A stretch of DNA of 64,000 bases from Myxococcota bacterium. GTDB lineage: Bacteria; Myxococcota_A; UBA796; UBA2385. The notes beneath the pieces are model-generated. The model was not told where the DNA came from. It saw only the letters and a list, made by a program, of their open reading frames with translations, and did not search any database. Below are positions 48,348 through 56,530 of this stretch, one piece after another (positions within the stretch are counted from its first letter, which is position 1; every line of letters starts with the position of its first letter). The stretch lies in NCBI GenBank assembly GCA_044344255.1, contig JBIJDH010000008.1, positions 192,001 through 256,000 on the forward strand, given 5' to 3'. The position numbers were made by a program, and so were the translations under genes.

Positions 48348-49769
48348 GTGCCCGACTTCCGCAGCTACCTGGAGCTCTCTGAGGAGGGCGGTGGTTCCCA
48401 CAAGTTCTACGAGGTCGTGATCGAGGGCACCACGCTCACGATCCGCTACGGCCGCATCGGCGACAAGGGGCAGTCCCAGGTCAAGGCCTTCCCGAGCTTC
48501 GAGAAGGCCAAGGCAGAGGCGGACAAGAAGATCCGCGAGAAGGCGAGCAAGGGCTACGCCGCCGCGGTGCTGGGGGAGCGTAAGAAGCGCACCGTCACCC
48601 GCCGCGAGGTGGTCTCCCGCCCCTCCACCTCCCGCGCCGCCCCCGTGCTCTGGCAATTCGACTCTGGCAGCGCGGCCTTCGGCGTCTTCGTCGACGCCGG
48701 GCTCTGCTGGGTGGGCAACCAGAAGGGCAACGTCTACGCCCTCGACCACGCGGGCAAGGTCGTCTGCAATTACCAGCTCCCCGACGGCGTGAAGTGCCTC
48801 GTGGCCGACGGAGAGTGGCTCTACGCCGGCTGCGACGACGGCAACGTCTATGACCTCACGAGCAAGGCGCCGCGGGTGGCCTACCGCATCTCCGAGAGCG
48901 TCGACATCCTCTGGATCGACATCAAGGACGGCGTGCTCGGCGTGGGCGACACCGGCGCCCAGATCAGCGTCTTCAACCACGAAGAGGAGACCTGCTGGAC
49001 CCAGAAGCAGCAGGGTGGCTACGGCTGGATGGTGCGCTGCGACGAGATCGGCGTCTACTTCGGCTGCGGGGCCCGGGTGACGATGTACGACTGGCAGGAC
49101 GGCCGCGTCGTCTGGGAGCACGCGCTCGGCGGCGGGGTGCTCTTCGGCTGGCAAGAAGAGAGCGCGGTCTACGCGGCCTGCGGCGACAACCTGATCTACA
49201 AGGTGTCCAAGCGCGGTGAGCGCCTCGCCACCTACCGCTGTGACGCCGGCGTCTTCTCTTGCGCCACCGCCCCCGACGGCGCCTTCGTCTTCGCCGGCGA
49301 CAACAGCTCCTCGATCTACTGCTTCGACGCCGAGGGCAAGCGCCTCTGGAAGGTGGGCACGGGCGCCGGCTCGGCCCTCTCCATGCAGTTCTTCGGCGAT
49401 CGGCTCTTCATCGTCACCTCCGGCGGGGCGCTCTGCTGCCTCGACGTGCGCGCCGAGGCCATCGCCGCCGCCGAGCAGGGCACCGTGCCGGTGATGCTGA
49501 AGATCGCCGCCCCCACGGCACCTGCGGTCCAGGTGAGCACCACCGTCGAGACCACCGCCACCGCCGGCAGCGGCGTCGTGGTGGAGTGTGTCGAGGTCGG
49601 CAGCCAGCTCCGGGTGCGGCCGGTCGGCGCCGGCTTCCACGCCGACTGGTTCGTCCAGTTCCCGAAGGACCTCCGCGTCGTCGGCGCCCGCTACGTGGTG
49701 GCGGAGCTCCGCGAGTCCAGCCGCGGCGGCTTCTACCGGGCCTTCGGCGAGATCAAGAAGCTGGGATGA
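48348..49769 (+). CDS. WGR-domain + PQQ/WD40-like beta-propeller protein (first gene of retron operon)
   Basis: YLEL...SHKFYEV...IRYGRIG..GQ...EKASKGY (WGR). Repeated G.VYALD..G.V.. and G.RLW blades. Stop overlaps the next ATG (ATGA 49766-49769). Confidence 0.85.
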   Translation: MPDFRSYLELSEEGGGSHKFYEVVIEGTTLTIRYGRIGDKGQSQVKAFPSFEKAKAEADKKIREKASKGYAAAVLGERKKRTVTRREVVSRPSTSRAAPVLWQFDSGSAAFGVFVDAGLCWVGNQKGNVYALDHAGKVVCNYQLPDGVKCLVADGEWLYAGCDDGNVYDLTSKAPRVAYRISESVDILWIDIKDGVLGVGDTGAQISVFNHEEETCWTQKQQGGYGWMVRCDEIGVYFGCGARVTMYDWQDGRVVWEHALGGGVLFGWQEESAVYAACGDNLIYKVSKRGERLATYRCDAGVFSCATAPDGAFVFAGDNSSSIYCFDAEGKRLWKVGTGAGSALSMQFFGDRLFIVTSGGALCCLDVRAEAIAAAEQGTVPVMLKIAAPTAPAVQVSTTVETTATAGSGVVVECVEVGSQLRVRPVGAGFHADWFVQFPKDLRVVGARYVVAELRESSRGGFYRAFGEIKKLG

Positions 49770-52700
49770 AGCTCCTCGACCAGCGCATCCTCGTCTGGCG
49801 GGACGGCAGCGTCGACCGCATCCACGAGGTCGACCTGCTCGAGCTCTCCCCCGGGCGGGCCGTCGTCAACTTCCGCTACGGCAAGCGGGGGGGCCCCCTC
49901 CGGGACGGCTCGAAGACCCCGATGCCCGTGCCCCTCGAGCAGGCCCGCGCCCTCTTCCTAAGAGAGATCGCCGCGAAGATCGAGAAGGGCTACGTCGAAG
50001 ACACAAGCGCGGTGCCCGGCGGTGGGGCCGAGCGCCCGCCGCCTTCGACGGCCTCTCCGCCCGCCGCCGCGCCGACGCTGCGGGCCGTTCCGCCTCCCCC
50101 TCCGCCCTCGGGGGCCGGCCCCGAGGGCGCCCTGCTCCGCCGCCTCGCCGAGGGGGAGCGCCCCGCCGCGCCCGCCACCCCCGACCGCCCCGCGACCTTC
50201 CTCCGCGGCTCGGCCGGCATCGTCGCCCGCCAGCGCCGCCGCGTCCGTAAGCCCCGCCCCCTCTACCGGGTGATCGAGCGGGTGGGGGAGCTGCGCCTGG
50301 AGGCGGCGCTGCCCTACCTCTTCGACCTCCTGCCACGCGCCGACGTCCGTCTCGCCTATGTGATCGCGGGGGCCCTCGGGCGGATCGGCGGCCCGGAGGC
50401 CTCCGCGGCGCTCGTCCCCCTGCTCCAGCACGCGGACGAGCCCCTGCGCCGCCGCGCCGTCGAGGCGCTCCGCTTGCACGCCCCGCCCGAGGCGCGGGTG
50501 GGCCTCGCCGAGTCCCGCACCGACCGCCTCCCCGAGCCCCTCCGCGCCGCCGTGAAGAGCCACCGGCCCGAGCGGGTGGCCGACGAGGTCACCGCCCTGC
50601 TCGCGGAGCCCAGCCTCGAGCGGGCCATGCTGCTGGGCGAGCTCTACCTCATCGACAGCGAGGCCGTCCGCCCGGCGCTGCTCGAAGCGGCGCGCACCCT
50701 CCCCCTCCGCCCGCCCTTCCTGCGCGTGCTCCGCCACCTGTTCAAGGCCGCAGAGTACCGCCGCGATCCCGCCCTCTGGGGCACCCTCGCCTGGCGCTTC
50801 GAGACCACCCGCGCCGCCTTCCGGGTCGGCAAGCGGATCGGCAGCGGGCGCTTCGGCGAGCGGGTCGTGAACATCTCGTTGAACGGCGAGCGGAAGACCC
50901 AGGTGATGTCCCGCATCGGCGCCGCCGACAGCGCGCTCGGGTACAGCGACCGCACCCGCAAGTACCTGCGCATCCGCTGCTGGCGCCTGCTGCGCCGGCT
51001 CGGCCAGGATGGCGGCCCTGACTACGTCCGAATGGCCGTCGGCGCCCTCCTGCCCTGGACCGACGCCGACCGCGTCGAGCCCCGCGTCCAGCCCGGCCTC
51101 GAGGCCGCCCCGCCCACCTCGGGCGCGCGGGGTCGCGGGCCGATGCTCTCGGTCCCCTATCCGCTCTTCCACAGCCTCGTTCACGGCAACAGCGGGCGCT
51201 TCCTCCGCTCCAAGCGCGGCAGGATGGCCTGGCTCCCGGCCAACGCTCCGAAGACCGGCATCCCCCGCGAGGAGGCCTTCGCCGAGCTCTGGGACCGCGC
51301 CCCCGCCGGCCTCCTGCATCTCCTCGCCGAGAGCCGCTGTGAGGCGGTGCACGTCTTCGCGGTGCGGGCGCTCCAGGCGAACGCCCCCTTCGTAGACACC
51401 CTCGACAAGGGCGTGGCGCTCATGCTGCTCGAGCGGCCCTACGAGGGGACGGTGGCCCTCGGCCTCAAGGTCGCCCGGCTCCGCTGGCCCCCGCAGGGGG
51501 ATCGTGACCTGCTGCTCGCCGCGGCCCACGCCGCCCACCTCCCGGCCCGCAGCCAGGCCTGGCAGTGGATGAGCCAGTCGCCACACCTGCTCGCGAACGA
51601 CAGCGACGGCATCGCGACCCTCCTCTCCGGGCCTTGGAGCGACACCCGCGCCGTGGCCCGTCAGCAGCTCGACCGGATGGTGCTCGCGCCCGACCTCGCC
51701 CGGGCCCTGGTGGTCCGCCTCGTCTCGAGGCTGTTGCCCCTCCGCGGACCGGCGGCGGCGGACGTGGTCGCCGCCCTCGGGGGCCCGCTCGAATATTCAT
51801 TCGTGACCGTCGGGCTGAGCGTCCTCCGCGATCTCATGGCCCACCCCGAAGAGGCTGTGCAGGCCCTGGTGGCGCGGGTGTTGGCGGCGCGGCCCGCCGA
51901 TCAAGAGGCCGCCCTCGGCCTCCTCCTCCGATCCACCTTCCCGGCCATCCGCGCGACCGCCCTGTCCTGGCTCGACGGGCTCGGCGTCGAGGCGCTGCTC
52001 GCCCGCCCGGGGCTGCTGCTCGCCCTCGCCGCCAGCGCCGACCCCCTCCTCCGCGAGCGCGGCCTGCTGCTCGCCCGTTCGGCCGTCGAGAGCGGCGGGG
52101 GCGACAACGGCGGCGCCGCTGACCTCGCCCTCGCCGCGACCGCGCTCCTGCTCGAACCGCTCCCCGCCGGGGCCCCCACCGGCCTCGTGAGCCTGCTCGA
52201 GGCCCTGCCCGACGCCGCCCTGGCGGACATCCCCGAGGAGCGGCTCCACGAGCTCCTCCGCTCCAAGCGCCCCACCGCCGTCGAGGCCGGCGGCCTCGTC
52301 CTCGGGGCCCTGCCCGCCGATCGAGCCCTCGATCCCGCGCTGTACCAGCTCGTCCACCACGAGGCCCGGCGGGTGCGCGAGGGCCTCCTCCGCGCGCTCC
52401 AGCGCCGCGCCTCCACCCTGTCGGGCGCGCTCGCCGAGCTCACCCCCCTCACCGACTGCCGTTGGCCCGAGAGCCGAGAGGGCCTGTTCGCCCTGCTGCT
52501 GCGCCTCCCCGCCGAGGCCTGGACGGTGGAGCACCTCTCCACCCTGTCCGACTCCAACCGCCCCGACGTACAGCGCTTCGCCGTGCAGATCATCCAGCGG
52601 GCCACCCCGCCCGGCCAGGAGGCGCCCCTGCTCCGCCGCCTCGCCGAGCACCCGAGCCCGCGCATCCAGTCCGTGGCCGTCAGCCTGCTCGAGGGCGTCG

Positions 52701-52987
52701 CCGAGGGGGCCGCCCTCATCCCCGAGCTCGAGCCCTTCTTTCGTGTCCTGCTCGGGCAGATTGGCCGCGCCACCGCAGCGCGCCTGCGGCTGCAGGCCTG
52801 GCTGCTCCGGGCCGCCCTCGAGGAGGAGACCGCCGCCCGCGTCGCCCTCTCGGTGCTCGGCCCCCTCTCCGCCACCACCGCCATCGAAGACCGAGCGCGC
52901 ATCATCGAGGCCCTCGCGGCCCTGCGACGCCGCTGGCCCGCCCTCGAGGGCCCCCTCCGACCCATCCCCGTGGAGCTGCGCGCATGA
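49766..52987 (+). CDS. WGR-like + HEAT/ARM-repeat protein (retron-associated)
   Basis: N-terminal VNFRYGKRG...AKIEKGY. Pro-rich linker. ALGRIGG.EA..AL..LL HEAT repeats. FKAAEYRRD...RFE. LSDSNRPDVQRFA and LAEHPS. ATGA overlaps at both ends. 1073 aa from ATG 49766. Confidence 0.85.
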   Translation: MKLLDQRILVWRDGSVDRIHEVDLLELSPGRAVVNFRYGKRGGPLRDGSKTPMPVPLEQARALFLREIAAKIEKGYVEDTSAVPGGGAERPPPSTASPPAAAPTLRAVPPPPPPSGAGPEGALLRRLAEGERPAAPATPDRPATFLRGSAGIVARQRRRVRKPRPLYRVIERVGELRLEAALPYLFDLLPRADVRLAYVIAGALGRIGGPEASAALVPLLQHADEPLRRRAVEALRLHAPPEARVGLAESRTDRLPEPLRAAVKSHRPERVADEVTALLAEPSLERAMLLGELYLIDSEAVRPALLEAARTLPLRPPFLRVLRHLFKAAEYRRDPALWGTLAWRFETTRAAFRVGKRIGSGRFGERVVNISLNGERKTQVMSRIGAADSALGYSDRTRKYLRIRCWRLLRRLGQDGGPDYVRMAVGALLPWTDADRVEPRVQPGLEAAPPTSGARGRGPMLSVPYPLFHSLVHGNSGRFLRSKRGRMAWLPANAPKTGIPREEAFAELWDRAPAGLLHLLAESRCEAVHVFAVRALQANAPFVDTLDKGVALMLLERPYEGTVALGLKVARLRWPPQGDRDLLLAAAHAAHLPARSQAWQWMSQSPHLLANDSDGIATLLSGPWSDTRAVARQQLDRMVLAPDLARALVVRLVSRLLPLRGPAAADVVAALGGPLEYSFVTVGLSVLRDLMAHPEEAVQALVARVLAARPADQEAALGLLLRSTFPAIRATALSWLDGLGVEALLARPGLLLALAASADPLLRERGLLLARSAVESGGGDNGGAADLALAATALLLEPLPAGAPTGLVSLLEALPDAALADIPEERLHELLRSKRPTAVEAGGLVLGALPADRALDPALYQLVHHEARRVREGLLRALQRRASTLSGALAELTPLTDCRWPESREGLFALLLRLPAEAWTVEHLSTLSDSNRPDVQRFAVQIIQRATPPGQEAPLLRRLAEHPSPRIQSVAVSLLEGVAEGAALIPELEPFFRVLLGQIGRATAARLRLQAWLLRAALEEETAARVALSVLGPLSATTAIEDRARIIEALAALRRRWPALEGPLRPIPVELRA

Positions 52988-54633
52988 TCGTCGAGCACGC
53001 CTATCGGGGCCGGTCCCGGGTGCTGGGCGGGGCCCGGTCCACCTCCCTCTCCTTCGCGCCCGACACGCTGCGCGAGCCCACTCGGCTCGTCGCCGAGCTT
53101 CGCCGCCCCCTGCCCTTTCGCGAGGCGATCAGCGCGCTGCACGACGTGGTGGTCTCGAACCTCCGCTTCGTCCCGAAAGACCGCACCGCCTGGCGCGCCT
53201 GGCTGGCCGAGCAGGGCGACCTCCTCGACTGGCGCGGCATTCACAGCCAGCGCGCTCGGCTCGACGAGCGCATCCGCACCTTACAAGCCGAGCTCCAGGA
53301 GCTCAACCTGCGCCGAGAGGCCCGGGGCCGGACCTGGAAGGACGCCGAGCGAAGGTACTTCAATTATCTGTACGAGCGTGACCGAGACGCCTGGATCGTG
53401 CTCGACCCCGTGATCTCCGTGCACCCCGACGAGGTGCTCTTCGAGTGTTTCTCCGAGGACGAGAGCAGCTATGGCCGCCTGTCGGTGGTCCACGACGAGC
53501 TCGCCCGCGAGGGGGAGGTGGCCTACGGCACCACCAACATCGACTACTCGGCGCCGCTCTATGAAGAATTCCAGAAGATCCGCTCCTACAAGCGCACCCG
53601 CCTGTCGGTAGACCCCCAGGGCCTCGGGGTGCAGCAGGGAGAGGCCGCCGCCTATCGAGAGGAGAAGATCGACCTCCCGGAGAGCTGGGTGCGCGGCTTC
53701 CTCCAGGTGAGCGCCGCGATGGGCATGGAGGCCACGGTCCTCGATCTCCAGCCGATGGACGTCCACGCGCTGCTCTTCGCGCTGCGCCGCCGGCGCGAGA
53801 AGAGGGGCCCCCGCTCGCTCCGCTTCCGCCTGCGGCCGGGGCAGCCGGTGTCGGTGGTGGTCGAGCCCTGGTTCCAGGAGCTGACCTTCCCCCGCAGCCC
53901 ATACACCGGAAACGTCGAGACCGAGGTGCGCCTCTGGGGGCGGCGCCGGCTCTTCATCCTCGAGCGGCTGCTCCCCTGGGCCCGGAGCGTGCGGCTCCAC
54001 CTGCTCGGCACCGGCCTCCCCTCCTTCTGGGAGGTCGACCTCGGCGGGCTCCGCTTCACGCTCGGCCTGTCCGGCTGGACGGCGAATGACTGGTCCCGGG
54101 CCGGGCACTTTGACCTCCTCGCGCCCCGCGGGCGGGTCGACGACAACACGGCCGTGCGCGTGATCGACGCGCTCCGCCGCGCCTGGGTCTCCGACGCCGA
54201 CAGCCTCTCTCGCACCCTCGGCCTCGACCGCCCGACGGTCCTCTCCGCCCTGCTCGGCCTCGCGCAGGCCGGCCGCGCCATCCCCGATCTCGGCACCGAT
54301 CGCTGGCGCGCCCGCGAGCTCACCCGCGAGCCCTTGCCGCTGGCCGCGCTGCGCTTCGCCGACCCCCGCGAGGAGCTGGCCCGCGGTCTCGTCAACAGCC
54401 GCGCCGTGAACATGCGCCGCCCCACGCTGGCCGCGGACGGCAGCCTCGAGGTGGCCGGCACCGTCCGCGGGGAGGAGCGCCTCTACACCGTGAGCCTCGT
54501 CCTCGACGCCGATCAGCGCATCACCGACGGGAGCTGCGGCTGCAGCGCCTTCACCCACAACCGGATGCGGAAGGGGCCCTGCGCCCACATCCTGGCCCTC
54601 CGGATCCGCCACGGACAGGGCGGTGTCGCGTGA
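52984..54633 (+). CDS. Winged-helix + SWIM zinc-finger protein (retron-associated)
   Basis: LDPVISVHPD...FECFSEDESSY, GTTNIDYS, DLPESWVRGFLQV, LGLSGWTANDW. wH-like LGLDRPTVLSAL..L.QAGR. SWIM CGC-x12-CAH at 54535-54588. Confidence 0.88.
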   Translation: MIVEHAYRGRSRVLGGARSTSLSFAPDTLREPTRLVAELRRPLPFREAISALHDVVVSNLRFVPKDRTAWRAWLAEQGDLLDWRGIHSQRARLDERIRTLQAELQELNLRREARGRTWKDAERRYFNYLYERDRDAWIVLDPVISVHPDEVLFECFSEDESSYGRLSVVHDELAREGEVAYGTTNIDYSAPLYEEFQKIRSYKRTRLSVDPQGLGVQQGEAAAYREEKIDLPESWVRGFLQVSAAMGMEATVLDLQPMDVHALLFALRRRREKRGPRSLRFRLRPGQPVSVVVEPWFQELTFPRSPYTGNVETEVRLWGRRRLFILERLLPWARSVRLHLLGTGLPSFWEVDLGGLRFTLGLSGWTANDWSRAGHFDLLAPRGRVDDNTAVRVIDALRRAWVSDADSLSRTLGLDRPTVLSALLGLAQAGRAIPDLGTDRWRARELTREPLPLAALRFADPREELARGLVNSRAVNMRRPTLAADGSLEVAGTVRGEERLYTVSLVLDADQRITDGSCGCSAFTHNRMRKGPCAHILALRIRHGQGGVA

Positions 54634-54661
54634 CGCAGCCCTTCCCAAGCCCACTCCCCCA

Positions 54662-54918
54662 CGATAAGCCACCCCTGCAACCGCGGTCTCTGGCGAGCCT
54701 TGCAACCCGGCCGGCGCTTCGCCGTCCTTGCGACCCGCTTCGTCATGCGTCACTGGCCTGCTCATCACCGGGCGGGGCCACGCCCTGGTGGGGCGGATGC
54801 GGTCTGGCTTCCGAGAAGCCAGGCACGCCCCACCAGGGCCGGCCCCGCTTCAGTCGAGCGAGTCCAGTCCCGAGCCTCCTCGAAGACCCCAGAGACCGCG
54901 GTTGCACCTATCTTATCG
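54662..54918 (+). ncRNA. msr-msd: Retron msr-msd non-coding RNA
   Basis: Perfect 18-bp terminal inverted repeat TGCAACCGCGGTCTCTGG (54676-54693) / CCAGAGACCGCGGTTGCA (54889-54906), extended by CGATAAG/CTTATCG. Short msr hairpin 54709-54727. Long msd hairpin 54752-54868. Lies directly upstream of a retron RT. Confidence 0.88.
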
Positions 54919-54940
54919 CGCCCACCCGCAGGGCCGTCCG

Positions 54941-56515
54941 ATGAGCGAGAGTGAGCGCGAGAGAGCGAGCGAGAGACCCCGCTCCCGGCAAGCGATCTAC
55001 GATCACATCCGAGCCTCGTCCAAGGATGAGTTCATCCGCGAGGACATGGTGCGCCTCGGCTTCTGGCCGAGCCGCGAGCCCCGCCCGAGCGACCCCGCCG
55101 AGGAGCAGCGGCGCCGCGAGGAGATCTTGCGCGAGCTCCGCGCGCTCCAGACCGAGGGCTCCCGCCTCAAGGACGAGGCGAAGCTCAAGGCCGAGGCGCG
55201 GAAGCAGCGCATCGAGGCCAGCCGGGCCAAGCAGCAGGCGAACAAGGCCCGACGCGCCACCGATCGAGCGGCGGCCGCGGAGGCGTGGCGGGCCCGCGGC
55301 GAGTCCGAGCTGCTCTACCTCGGAGCGGGCGCCTCGGCGGGCCTCGGGCCCACCGGCACAGCGGCCACCGGCACAGCGCACCCCTCGCTCCCCGCGTTGG
55401 AGGGGCCCCTGTCGCTCGCCCGCTGGCTCGGCCTCAGCATGGGCCAGCTCCGCTTCCTCGCCTTCCAGCGCACGGTGAGCCGGGTCTCTCACTACGCCCG
55501 CTTCCGCATCCCCAAGAAGACCGGCGGTGACCGCCTCATCTCCGCCCCGATGCCCCGCTTGAAGGCCGTGCAGCACCGCATCGCCACGGCGCTCCTCCGC
55601 GAGGTGCCGGTGCACGAGCGCGCCCACGGCTTCGTGCCCGGCCGCTCGATCACCACCAACGCCGCCCCCCACGTGGGCGCGGCCGTCCTCGTGAACCTCG
55701 ATCTCCAGGACTTCTTCCCCTCGATCCACTGGCGGCGGGTGCGGGGCGTCTTCCGAACGCTCGGGTACTCCGAGGCCGTATCGACGGTGCTGGCGCTGCT
55801 CTGCACCGAGGCCCCCGTGGAGGCCTGGGAGCTCGACGGTCAGCGCTGGTTCGTGCAGACGGGCCCACGGGCGCTGCCCCAAGGTGCGCCCACCTCCCCC
55901 GCGCTCACGAACCTCCTCTGTCGGAGCCTGGACAGACAGTGTGAGAAGCTGGGAGAGCGCCTCGGCTTCACCTACACCCGATACGCCGACGACCTCACCT
56001 TCTCCTCGACCGATCCCGAGGCCCGGGTGGGCGCCCTCCTCTATCGCCTCCGCAAGGACCTCGATCGGCACGGCCTCACCGAGCACCCCAAGAAGACCCG
56101 GGTGCTCCGACAGGGTCGGCGCATGGAGGTGACAGGCCTCATCGTCAATCACAAGCTGGCGGTTCCCCGAGAGGAGCTCCGGCGTTTCCGGGCGGTCCTC
56201 CACAAGATAGACCGCGCCGGGCCCACCGGGGCCGAGTGGCGCCCCGGGATCGAGCTCTGGGCCGGGCTCCGCGGCTTCGCTGGATACGTCTTCATGGTCG
56301 ATCCCGCGCGCGGTCAGACGCTGCGAGACCGGGTCGAAGAATTGGCGGGTCGATACGAGGTGAAGGCGCCCGCGCCCGTGGTGAGGAGCGCCCCTGTCGC
56401 GGCCCCCGTGGTCGCGCCGGTGGTGACGGCGGCTCCAACGGTCACTGCGCCCCTGCCCGAAGTCGCGCCCGCGCCGGAGCCGCCGGCGAAGAAGCCGTGG
56501 TGGAAGCTTTTCTAA
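54941..56515 (+). CDS. Retron-type reverse transcriptase (myxobacterial Mx162/type XIII-like)
   Basis: IPKKTGGDRLISAP, AHGF, region X NAAPH (55658-55672), LDLQDFFPSI, LPQGAPTSP, YADD (55982-55993), region Y VTG (56129-56137). Helical N-terminal extension (SSKDEFIREDMVRLGFWP). Track start 54728 lies inside the ncRNA, so ATG 54941 is preferred. Confidence 0.95.
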   Translation: MSESERERASERPRSRQAIYDHIRASSKDEFIREDMVRLGFWPSREPRPSDPAEEQRRREEILRELRALQTEGSRLKDEAKLKAEARKQRIEASRAKQQANKARRATDRAAAAEAWRARGESELLYLGAGASAGLGPTGTAATGTAHPSLPALEGPLSLARWLGLSMGQLRFLAFQRTVSRVSHYARFRIPKKTGGDRLISAPMPRLKAVQHRIATALLREVPVHERAHGFVPGRSITTNAAPHVGAAVLVNLDLQDFFPSIHWRRVRGVFRTLGYSEAVSTVLALLCTEAPVEAWELDGQRWFVQTGPRALPQGAPTSPALTNLLCRSLDRQCEKLGERLGFTYTRYADDLTFSSTDPEARVGALLYRLRKDLDRHGLTEHPKKTRVLRQGRRMEVTGLIVNHKLAVPREELRRFRAVLHKIDRAGPTGAEWRPGIELWAGLRGFAGYVFMVDPARGQTLRDRVEELAGRYEVKAPAPVVRSAPVAAPVVAPVVTAAPTVTAPLPEVAPAPEPPAKKPWWKLF

Positions 56516-56530
56516 ACGAGACCGGCTTCG

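Noticed and set aside
49259..49765. Upstream extensions of ORFs 49259-52987 and 52462-54633
   Set aside because: Arg-rich off-frame translations overlapping the preceding gene. The ATGA-coupled starts at 49766 and 52984 fit better.
54772..54848. Long hairpin as intrinsic terminator or MITE/REP
   Set aside because: There is no U-tract, no second copy seen in the window, and it is nested inside the 18-bp inverted repeat next to an RT. It is better explained as msd.
54728..54940. N-terminal extension of the RT in the ORF track, and the 104-aa ORF 54630-54944
   Set aside because: They overlap the msr-msd structure. ATG 54941 just after the right inverted repeat is the more plausible start.
54941..56515. 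RT as group II intron, DGR or CRISPR-associated RT
   Set aside because: It has retron-specific NAxxH and VTG motifs and an upstream a1/a2 ncRNA. No maturase/endonuclease domain, TR/VR pair, cas1 or array was seen.
48037..56530. Retron locus as part of a mobile island
   Set aside because: No integrase, transposase, tRNA or flanking direct repeats were seen, and the composition looks like the rest of the window.
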